A stretch of DNA of 64,000 nucleotides from Centroscyllium fabricii. Lineage: Eukaryota. Position numbers and translations under genes: made by a program. Of the stretch, positions 1 through 9,195 are shown one piece after another; positions within the stretch are counted from its first letter, which is position 1; every line of letters starts with the position of its first letter. The notes under the pieces were generated by a model. It searched no databases. It worked only from the letters and a program-made list of their open reading frames with translations, and was not told where the DNA came from. The stretch is from the NCBI GenBank assembly GCA_051313645.2, contig JBNRSN020000019.1, forward strand, positions 35,340,001-35,404,000, written 5' to 3'.

Positions 1-667
1 TGGCCACCTCCAGCCACTACATATCGACCACTGGCCGATACACGACCCACAATCCACCGAAGGCTGGCCGCCACTGCCGCATGGTTCGGAGCCCCCGCCA
101 TGGCCAGCTGAGGACCAAGACTCGGATGACCAGCTGCAGGCACAGCAGCAACCGCAGGGCTCGGACCCACCACCACCACCAGCACCTACAGTACCGGCAC
201 CAGCGCCGCCGCCACCACAACCGGCTCCAGTGCCACCGATGCTGCAGGAACCAGAACATTCGACAGAGACCCGCCGGTCCTCCAGACAGACGCGACCGCC
301 GGATAAGCTAATCATGAACTGCTCTGTCCATTCACCCCGCCGGACTTGATTTTCAAAGAAGTGGTGAATGTGGTAACCGTTGTATGTACTATTATTACCA
401 CCCTAATATTGTCACCAATATTATATGTATGTATAGCGGTCGGGTGCATGATGCAACTGTCCTGTATTGCGACACTGTCGCGGGGCCAGGTCAGCCACAC
501 CTCTAACTCCTCCCCTCAGGTGAGTGCCTTATAGGTGGGGACTGACCGGCCCCCATTCATTCTGTACCTGATGTTCGATCGGAGCGCAGCTCCATTGTAA
601 GCTAATAAAAGCCTTTAGTTAAGGTAACTACGCGTCTTAGTTTTAGTAGACTATTGACGATACGTCA
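1..667 (+). mobile_element. 3' end of a Ty3/Gypsy element: integrase tail, PPT (~355-368) and 3' LTR 369-667
   Basis: Pro-rich ...RQTRPPDKL tail like the other Gypsy copies; AAAGAAGTGGTGAA precedes TGTGGTAACC; AATAAA at ~604; ends TTGACGATACGTCA like the family-A LTRs. Confidence 0.88.
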
Positions 668-753
668 TTTACCACATTTACATGATTAAATGGGGACTGT
701 ACTAACATTGGGGCATCATCCTCCAGCTTCACCTTCGAAGGAGCAGAGAGAGA

Positions 754-949
754 GTGGCAAACGTGGCCAACAGGCCTCTGCACAGGAGACCTTACCCTCC
801 CAGGGTATTCCGGGAGCAATTCTACATTCATTTGTCCGAGGAGCAGTGTTTCAGAAAGCTGCATTTCAGCAAGGAGGTGGTCACTGAGCTCTGCAACCAG
901 ACTTGCAGCCTCGGCTCAGGACCAGGACATCTCTGTGGGTGGCAGTGAA
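754..949 (+). pseudogene. Harbinger transposase, N-terminal fragment
   Basis: RRPYPPRVFREQF..LSEEQCFRKLHFSKEVVTELC, homologous to MSERRCQRRLQLSREAVTDIC at 35024. Confidence 0.8.
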
Positions 950-1329
950 AGAAAAAAAAGAAGGGCTTACATTTATATAGCGCCTTTTGATGTATCGTCA
1001 ATATCTTCGATTAAAAGAGTCGACGCGTAGTTACCGAAACTAAAGGCTTTTAATTGCTAAGAACGGAGCTACTCTCCAGACGAACTACAGTACAGGAATG
1101 AAGGAGCCTCGGTCAGATCCCACCTATAACAGGGCCTCACCTGGGGGAGGAGTTGGAGGTGTGGCTGACCTGGCTCCCAACAGTGTCACAGTATACAGGG
1201 CTGTGCCTAACATCTGCACAGCCCCTCATTAGCCATAATGGTACAGCGGTATGGTAGACATACAATGGTTACCACATTCACCCCTTCTTAAAAACTTTGA
1301 GTCCGGGGGGGGTGAATGGGTCGAACAGT

Positions 1330-4300
1330 TCACGATAAGTCTGTCCGGCGGTCGTGTCTGCCTGGAGGACCGCCGGCGCTCCGGTGTTGGTGGTGGTGCC
1401 TCCTGGGTCGAATAGCCCGCATCTGCCGGCGCTGTGACTTCAGGTGGCGGTGGGCTCGGCTGGCCCCGCCGTCCGGGTCGTAGTCGGGGAAACTCCGGGG
1501 CCATCGTGCGTCTGGTGGTTGATCGGCCTGCTGGCCGGCCGGGGGCTCTGCGGTGGTGCTTCCTGCGGGAGCCAGGTCCCTGATGGACACGGTGTCCTCA
1601 CGCCCGTCCGGGAACTGCACGAAGGCGTAGTGTGGGTTCGCGTGTAGGAGCTGTACCTTGTCCACCAGGGGGTCCGTCTTGCGGCTCCGGACATGCCTTC
1701 TAAACAAAACCGGCCCCGGAGTCGTCAGCCATGGAGGGAGAGCTGTCCCCGAAGTTGACCTCCTGTTAAAAGAGAAAATCAGATCGTGCGGGGTGGCTTT
1801 AGTGGCAGTACATAACAGAGAGCGTATAGAGTGCAGCGCGTCTGGGAGGACTGCCTGCCAATGGGACACTGGAAAGCCTCTGGACTTGAGAGCCAGGGTG
1901 ACCGCCTTCCAGATAATCCCATTCTCCCTTTCTACCTGGCCGTTCCCCCGGGGGTTATAACTGGTTGTTCTGCTCGTGGCAACCCCTTTCTGGAGCAGAA
2001 ACTGGCGCAGTTCATCGCTCATGAACGATGACCCCCGGTCGCTATGGATGTAGCTGGGGAGACCGAAAATGGCGAACAGCGCGGTGAAGTGTTTGATCAC
2101 CGTTGCGCTCGTCATGTCTGGGCAGGGGAAGGCGAAGGGGAAGCGGGAGAACTCATCCACTACCGTGAGGAAGTATGAGTTGCGGTCGGTGGAAGGGAGG
2201 GGGCCTTTGAAGACCACGCTGAGACGTTCAACGGGGCGGGTGGCCTTAATGAGGTGCGCCGTGTCTGGCCGGAAAAAGTGGGGTTTGCACTCGGCGCAGA
2301 CAGGGCACTCTCGGGTCATAGCCTTAATCTCCGTGATGGAGTAGGGGAGGCTACGAGATTTGACGAAATGAGCAAGTCTGGTGACACCCGGGTGGCAAAG
2401 GCGGTCGTGGAGGTCCTTCAGCCGGTCTAGCTGGGCACTGGCGCACGGTCCCCTGGACAGTGCGTCCGGGGGTTCGTTGAGTTTGCCTGGTCGGTAAAGA
2501 ATGTCGTACTCGTAAGTCGAGAGTTCGATCCGCCACCGCAGGATCTTATCATTCTTGATTTTACCCCGTTGTTTATTGTTAAACATAAACGCCACCGACC
2601 GTTGGTCGGTGAGCAGGGTAAAACACTTACCGGCCAGGTAATGACGCCAGTAGCGCACGGCCTCCACGATGGCCTGGGCCTCCTTTTCCACTGCTGAGTG
2701 GCGAGTTTCGGGTCCCTGTAAGGTGCGGGAGAAAAACGCTACGGGCCTGCCTGCCTGATTCAGGGTGGCAGCAAGGGCAAAGTCCGAAGCGTCACTTTCC
2801 ACCTGGAAATGGATGGATTCATCAACAGCGAGCATGGTCGCCTTGATAATATCTTCCTTTATCCTTGCGAATGCCGTTTGGGATTCTACAGAAACGGGGA
2901 AGACGGCAGCCTTGAGGAGTGGTCTAGCCTTATCTGCGAACTGTGGGACCCATTGTGCATTATAGGAGAAAAATCCTAGGCATCTCCTCAAGGCTTTGGG
3001 GTTGTGAGGTAGGGGCAGTTCTAGCAGGGGTCGCATACGCTGTGGGTCGGGGCCGAGGAGCCCGTTCTCCACCACGTATCCGAGGATGGCGAGCCGGGCT
3101 GTATTAAAGACACATTTGTCCTTGTTATACGTAAGGTCCAGCCTGTCCGCCGTGGCGAGAAATTTGGCCAGATTGGCATCGTGGTCCTGCTGGTCGTGGC
3201 CGCAGATGGTCACATTGTCCAGGTAAGGGAAAGTGGCCTGCAAGTCGTTTTGGTCAACCATACGGTCCATCTCCCGTTGGAACACTGACACTCCGTTGGT
3301 CACGCCAAAGGGGACTCGGAGGAAGTGGTAGAGCCGACCGTTCGCCTCGAAGGCGGTGTAGGGGCGGTCGGCTTTCCGAATCGGGAGCTGATGATACGCC
3401 GATTTAAGGTCGATCGTAGAGAACACCTTGTACTGGCCGATCTGATTGACCATTTCCGAGATGCGGGGGAGGGGGTAGGCGTCGAGCCCGGTGTAGCGGT
3501 TGATAGTCTGGCTGTAATCGATAACCAGCCGCTGTTTTTCGCCAGACTTCACCACTACCACTTGGGCGCGCCAGGGGCTGGTGCTGGCTTCAATTATCCC
3601 CTCCTTCAGCATCCGCCCGACCTCCGACCTGATAAACGTGCGATCCCCCTCACTGTACCGCCGACTCTTAGTGGCAATGGGTTTGCACTTCGGATCGAGG
3701 TTGGCGAACAGCGAGGGGGGGTCGATTCTCAGGGTGGAGAGGCCGCAGGCCGGGCTCCGCTTTGGGGGGAGATTGTCCCGGCTACTGACGGTGAAGGGGG
3801 GTAAGGTCCCGCCGAACTCCATTGTCACGCTCCTGAAGTGGCACTGGAAATCCAAACCTAGTAAGGCTGGGGCACACAACTGTTGGAGGATATACAATTT
3901 AAAATTACGGTACACGCGCCCCTTGACGGTGAGCATGACGGAGCAGTAGCCGGTGACGTCCGCGGTGTGGGACTGTGAAGCTAGGGAGACTTGGTAGTTG
4001 GTGGGCAGGACCTGCAGTCCGCAGCGCCGCACTGTATCAGGGTGAACGAAACTCTCAGTGCTGCCTGTGTCGAAAAGGCAGTCGACAGTGTGATTATTAA
4101 TGGTAATCGACATTATGGAGTTAGACAGGGTATGGGGCCTGCCCTGGCTAACTCTGATTCTGGCTGCCACAGCCCCTGCTGATCGGGGCTGTGCACAAGA
4201 TGGCGGCGCCCCTGGCTCGCACGTGGAGGGGCCCTGGATACAAGATGGCGGCGCCCCTGGCTCGCACTTGGAGGGGCCCTGGATACAAGATGGCGTTGCC

Positions 4301-5481
4301 TCTGGCTCGCACATGGAGGGGCCCTGGATACAAGATGGCGGCACCCCTGGCTCGCACATGGAGGGGCTCTGGTTACAAAATGGCGTTTCCGAGGGGACGC
4401 ACACGGTGGGGCCCTGTGAACGCGCTGGCGGCGCCCGTGATTCGCACGCAGCGAACCGCGGTGATTGGGTTGGCGGTGCCCGTGATTCGCACGCAGCGGG
4501 CCGCGGTGGTCGGGTTGGCGGTGCCCGTGATTCGCACACAGCCGGCCACGTTGGGGGGTCGCGCTTGGCCGGCCTTTGCCGCATCGGGGTGGGGGATGGG
4601 AGCGCTTGTTGTCTACCCCCATACCGTCGCTGGATCGCGCTGCTATTGCAGCTTACCTGGTGTCTGTCGGTGCTCTCACAGGCTGCACTGTTGTACCTTG
4701 AGTTGGGCGCTGCTGGAGCTGATCTGCAGGCTTTAGCGTAGTGTCCCTTCTTCGCACATTTCTCGCAGGTCGCTGTCCTGGCTGGGCATTTCGCTCTAGG
4801 GTGCAGTCCCTGGCTGCAGAAGTAGCAGCGTTTATCTTTAGTGTCTTTAGTGGCCGTCGCGGCCATCGTGGGGGCCTCGACCCGTTGCGCCCAGGCCTGG
4901 GCCTGTTGTGGCGCGGCCCATATGTTGTAGGCTTGCGGGTTAGTGCCGCTGTACGCCTGTAACTTGCTTCGGGTCCCCTCTACTGATTTGGCTATCGTAG
5001 TCGCCTCCTCGAGGGATAATTCGTCTTTCTCTAGTAGCCGCTGGCGGGCTTCCACACACCTCAGTCCTGTAACATAAGCGTCCCGAACGAGGAGTTCTTC
5101 CTCCTCTTCAACTGTTGTGCCTTTGCAGCCACAGACCCGTACCAGGGCCAGGAGCGCTTGCTCAAACTCCTCATTGGACTCACCCGGTAGCTGAGATCTG
5201 GTCGCCAGCACATGTCGGGCGTAGACTGAATGGACCGGGCGCTCGTAACATTTCTTCAGAATTTGTACAGCCGCTACGTAGGTTGAGGCGTTCCTGATGA
5301 GGGTGAATACCCTGCTGGAGATCCTCGATCGTAGGACATGCAGCTTGTCCCTGTCTGATGTAGCCTTGGCGGCGTCCATGTAGGCCTCCAGGAGGCCGAA
5401 CCAGTGTTCGTAGGTGGCGGCAGCAGCAGGGTCCTGGGGACTGATGTCCAGCTTCTCAGGTTTAACTGTGCTGCTCTCCAT
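1330..5481 (-). CDS. Gag-Pol polyprotein, 1383 aa (Gag zinc knuckles, protease, RT, RNase H, integrase)
   Basis: CEKCAKKGHYAKAC; LFDTGS; IDLKSAYHQ; YLDN; ESDASD..EKEAQA; HHCC; SDRG..GQVER. First integrase Asp is mutated (RLSVVF vs RLSVDF in siblings); 1-bp frameshift near 1470 changes the C-terminus. Confidence 0.95.
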   Translation of the reverse strand: MESSTVKPEKLDISPQDPAAAATYEHWFGLLEAYMDAAKATSDRDKLHVLRSRISSRVFTLIRNASTYVAAVQILKKCYERPVHSVYARHVLATRSQLPGESNEEFEQALLALVRVCGCKGTTVEEEEELLVRDAYVTGLRCVEARQRLLEKDELSLEEATTIAKSVEGTRSKLQAYSGTNPQAYNIWAAPQQAQAWAQRVEAPTMAATATKDTKDKRCYFCSQGLHPRAKCPARTATCEKCAKKGHYAKACRSAPAAPNSRYNSAACESTDRHQVSCNSSAIQRRYGGRQQALPSPTPMRQRPAKRDPPTWPAVCESRAPPTRPPRPAACESRAPPTQSPRFAACESRAPPARSQGPTVCVPSETPFCNQSPSMCEPGVPPSCIQGPSMCEPEATPSCIQGPSKCEPGAPPSCIQGPSTCEPGAPPSCAQPRSAGAVAARIRVSQGRPHTLSNSIMSITINNHTVDCLFDTGSTESFVHPDTVRRCGLQVLPTNYQVSLASQSHTADVTGYCSVMLTVKGRVYRNFKLYILQQLCAPALLGLDFQCHFRSVTMEFGGTLPPFTVSSRDNLPPKRSPACGLSTLRIDPPSLFANLDPKCKPIATKSRRYSEGDRTFIRSEVGRMLKEGIIEASTSPWRAQVVVVKSGEKQRLVIDYSQTINRYTGLDAYPLPRISEMVNQIGQYKVFSTIDLKSAYHQLPIRKADRPYTAFEANGRLYHFLRVPFGVTNGVSVFQREMDRMVDQNDLQATFPYLDNVTICGHDQQDHDANLAKFLATADRLDLTYNKDKCVFNTARLAILGYVVENGLLGPDPQRMRPLLELPLPHNPKALRRCLGFFSYNAQWVPQFADKARPLLKAAVFPVSVESQTAFARIKEDIIKATMLAVDESIHFQVESDASDFALAATLNQAGRPVAFFSRTLQGPETRHSAVEKEAQAIVEAVRYWRHYLAGKCFTLLTDQRSVAFMFNNKQRGKIKNDKILRWRIELSTYEYDILYRPGKLNEPPDALSRGPCASAQLDRLKDLHDRLCHPGVTRLAHFVKSRSLPYSITEIKAMTRECPVCAECKPHFFRPDTAHLIKATRPVERLSVVFKGPLPSTDRNSYFLTVVDEFSRFPFAFPCPDMTSATVIKHFTALFAIFGLPSYIHSDRGSSFMSDELRQFLLQKGVATSRTTSYNPRGNGQVERENGIIWKAVTLALKSRGFPVSHWQAVLPDALHSIRSLLCTATKATPHDLIFSFNRRSTSGTALPPWLTTPGPVLFRRHVRSRKTDPLVDKVQLLHANPHYAFVQFPDGREDTVSIRDLAPAGSTTAEPPAGQQADQPPDARWPRSFPDYDPDGGASRAHRHLKSQRRQMRAIRPRRHHHQHRSAGGPPGRHDRRTDLS
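4190..4550 (-). repeat. In-frame 42- and 45-bp tandem repeats in the Gag-protease linker
   Basis: (AACESRAPPxxxxx)x3 and (CEPGAPPSCIQGPSx)x4; copy A2 (43860-44160) has one fewer 45-bp unit. Confidence 0.9.
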
Positions 5482-5876
5482 TTTAAAATAATTAGCAATT
5501 AAAATTGACGTATCGTCAATATCTTCGATTAAAAGAGTCGACGCGTAGTTACCGAAACTAAATGCTTTTAATTGCTAAGACGGAGCTACTCTCCAGACGA
5601 ACTACAGTACAGGAATGAAGGAGCCTCGGTCAGATCCCACCTATAATGGGGCCTCACCTGGGGGAGGATTTGGAGGTGTGGCTGACCTGGCTCCCAACAG
5701 TGTCACAGTATACAGGGCTGTGCCTAACATCTGCACAGCCCGTCATTAGCCATAATGGTACAGCGGTATGGTAGACATACAATGGTTACCACACCTTTCA
5801 CGACCACAGGACGTTTCAAAGCGCTTTACAGTCAATTAATTAATTTTGAAGTGGAGTCACTGTTGTAATGTGGGAA

Positions 5877-6432
5877 TGAAGGTGACGGTGGCTCTGAATT
5901 TCTATGCCAGCGGCTCCTTCCAGGCTTCAACTGGGGACATCGCGAATATCTCCCAGTTCGCGGTCCATTGCTGCATCCGGGAGGCCACAAATGCTCTCCA
6001 CAAAAGGAGAAGGGAGTACATCTCTTTTCCCATGACCCAGCACAAACAGCGTGAATGCACATGTGGCTTCGCTAGGATAGCGGGCTTCCCCATGGTTCAG
6101 GACGCCATTGACTGCACACACGTGGCATTGCAGGCACCTTATGAAAATGCAGAGTTCTGCAACTTCAAAGGCTACCACTCTTTGAATGTCCAGTTGGTGT
6201 GCGACCACAGACAGCGGATCGTCGCCATTAATTCCTGCTGTCCTGGCAGCAGTCACGATTCATTCATCCTGCACCAGACTGGTGTCCCAGACCTGTTCCA
6301 ACCACCACGTCAACCTCGTGGCTGGCTCCTCGGGGACAAGGGTTATCCACTCTGCACCTGGCTGATGTCACTGCTCCATAACCCCAACACTCCTGTTGAG
6401 CTCTCATACAATGAGAGCCATAGCGCCATCAG
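5877..6432 (+). pseudogene. Harbinger transposase, DDE core
   Basis: [59 protein letters not shown]. Confidence 0.93.
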
Positions 6433-6742
6433 TGTTAAGTCCGCGCTATCAAGTGATAATAACTGCGGACTAGACTCCAAAGGTACGAAACCAAAGAGAT
6501 GTTTCTTCTACATTACAGAGTCTGGAACTGAGCACATCGCTCCTCACTCGAACTTATATACAGCAGTGGTGAACCGCGGTACTGCAATATCCTGGCACTA
6601 CATAAAGTAGTGCCCAGTATAAGCCTTAATGGGACATACACCACATTCTTCCCCTCTTAATTAACCTTTACAGTACAACAATCAGTATATGAGGAGGACT
6701 AACAAAACTATTTACAATTTATAGTGTCAGTTTCTGTGGAGG

Positions 6743-9195
6743 TCAGCGGTCTCTCGTTGGGTACCGCCTTCTGATGGCCGGCGTGGAAGTAGTCTCTGCT
6801 GGCTCACATTTCGTGTCTGCCTCCGAGGGGCCTTCGTCTGGCGCCTCATCATCTGGTGTATTGTCGTAGGAGATTGTCCATTCAGTTGACACTGTTGATT
6901 GGGGTAAATCAGTATTGGCTACTGTAGCCTTTACAATTTGGTCAGTGTGTCTTCTGACTTGACCCTCAGATGTGTCCACTGTGTATGATAATGGCCCTTG
7001 TCAATGGCTGATTGTTCCAGCCTGCCATTTATCGTGCCAATAGTCTCTAATTAACACATCTTGACCCTCATCAAAGCTCCCAGTATCCCGGTCAGAAGCT
7101 TTTCGGAAAATTCTGTTTTCGACATCCCGTCGAATGTTTGGTTGCAGCAGGTCTAGTCGGTTATGCAATCTCCTGTTAAAAAATAAGACTGCAGGTGTCT
7201 GGTTAGTTGTTGCATGAGCAACATTCCGGTAAGCAAAAAGAAAGTTATCTACTTTGTGTTGTAAATCTAACTTTCCTCCCCCCATGGCTTCTATGGCTTT
7301 CTTGAAGGTTTGAACGAACCTTTCGGCCAGTCCGTTGGTGGCTGGGTGATATGGTGCCGATTTGTAATGCTGTATCCCGTTCCTTTTGAGGAACGTTTGA
7401 ACTTCTTCAGAGACAAACTGGGGACCATTGTCGGAACAAATTTGTTCCGGTATGCCATTTCTGGCGAAGATAGTTATGAGGACTGAGATTGTCTTCTCAG
7501 CTGTGGTGGAGGATATCTTTACCACCTCTGGCCATTTCGAATGGGCATCCACGACAATCAGGAACATTGCGTTCATAAACGGCCCTGTGAAATCTATATG
7601 GATCCTTTGCCATGGAGATGATGGCCACTCCACGGGTGTAGGGATGCCTGGGGCGGTGAATTTTGAACCATCTTGCACCCTGTGCACTCTTTAGCCAATT
7701 GTTCAATGTCTTTATCGATTCTGGGCCACCACACGTATGCCCTGGCTAAAGACTTCATTTTTACTCTGCCCAAGTGTCCCTCGTGTAAGTCAACTAAAAT
7801 TTGCTTACGTAGCTTTGGTGGGATTACCACTCGGCCCCCGCACATTAACGTGCCCCGGCAGACCGACAACTGGTCTTTTCTATTGGCGTACTCTGGCCAT
7901 AGGTTGAGGTCCTCCCTGGACCATCCTTTTACCACGACGCTAAAAACTTTTGACAGACAGGGGTCATTCCTCATTTCATTTTCAATTTATTGGCTGGTAA
8001 CGGGCAATTGCTTCACTACTGCCATGTGGTATAATTCTAGGGGATCCTGTTGTCCCCCCTCTCCTGTTTCTGGTAGGGGTAATCGAGACAGGCCGTCCGC
8101 ATTACCATGCCTTTTGGTTTCTTTGTGTTCTATGGTGTATTTGTGTGCAGCCAAGAACAGTACCCCTTTTTCTGGGTGGAAGATGGAGACCAAGGGTTGG
8201 TGGTCAGTTAGTAGTGTAAATCTTTGACCGTGTAAGTAATGGTGAAACTTTTTCACCCCCCACATCAGGCCGAGTGCTTCCCGGTCTATTTGTGCATAGT
8301 TCTTTTCTGCGGTTGTAAGAGATTTTGAGGCAAACGCTATTCGTCTTTCAGACCCGTCGGGGCATTTGTGTGATAACACCATGCCAATGCCATAAGGGGA
8401 TGCATCGCATACCAGCCGTATGGGTAGATTGGGGTCAAAATGGATCAGAACCTCTGCCAGGGTATTCCCGCCTGAAGTAGTGAGTTTAATGGGTACAGTA
8501 CCGTTAACAGGTTGGGCAAAAACTTATGATAATAGTTGATAAGTCCTAAGAATGACCTGAACTGGGTAACATTTTCTGGTTTTGGGGCGTTTACCACCGC
8601 CGCAATCTTGTTGCCGATTTATGTAGACCCTCACTGTCAATTTTGTGCCCGCAGTATGAAATGCGGTCTTTGAAGAACTCGCACTTCAGCTTGTTGGCCC
8701 GTAGCCCACACTCTTTTAGTCTTTCTAAGACTACTTCTAAATTTGACAAGTGTTCCCCATCTGTTTTGCCCATAACTAAAATGTCATCCAGGTAGCATTG
8801 TGTCCCTGGAATACCCTGCAATACCTGATCCATGGCCCTCTGCCACATGGCCGGAGCAGATGCAATGCTGAAAACCATTCAGTTATATTGGTACAACCCT
8901 TTATGCGTATTGATGGTCAGTAGCTTCCTGGAATCCTGCTCCACCTCCATTTGTAGATTCGCTTGTGAGAGGTCTATCTTGCTGAAGCGTTTCCCACCTG
9001 CTAAAGAAGCAAAAATGTCCTCAGTTCTAGGCAATAGGTATTGTACAACCTTTAAGATCGGGTTAATGGTCATCTTGAAGTCCCCACAAATGCAAACTTT
9101 TTTCTTTTCCCCTTCCTTATTTTGTATTCTTTTGATAACTGGGACGATGGGCATTGCCCACTCACTCCATTCAACTTTTGACAAAACTCCTTCTG
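6743..9195 (-). pseudogene. Element B pol: RT (YLDD), RNase H and integrase, multiply frameshifted
   Basis: FSKIDLSQA, CYLDDILV, YAQIDREAL, HGNADGLSRLP, WQRIHIDFTGP, SDNGPQF, NGLAERFVQ. Confidence 0.92.

Larger units (their letters stand above)
988..5793 (-). mobile_element. Full-length Ty3/Gypsy LTR retrotransposon, family A copy 1
   Basis: LTRs 988-1276 and 5506-5793 (TG..CA, about 7 differences); 5-bp TSD CCTTT (983-987, 5794-5798); PPT 1277-1289. Confidence 0.97.
950..5876 (-). mobile_element. Short 3' tail of a Deu/AmnSINE-like (L2/CR1-tail) retroposon, split by Gypsy A1 (pieces 950-987 and 5799-5876)
   Basis: Rejoined ACATTTATATAGCGCCTTTCACGACCACAGGACGTTTCAAAGCGCTTTACAG...GTCACTGTTGTAATGT matches from memory the reverse complement of this SINE tail; flanked by TGAA (946-949, 5877-5880) of the transposase. 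Confidence 0.72.

Noticed and set aside
3325-4741. Long antisense ORFs over gag-pol (also 11348-11830, 18083-18694, 56146-56853)
   Set aside because: Shadow frames of GC-rich coding sequence with no recognisable domain; boundaries are not conserved between families.
5846-6610. HARBI1-like domesticated host gene
   Set aside because: The ORF begins in a SINE tail and ends in an LTR; the transposase is split by insertions and paired with a Myb gene as in a transposon.
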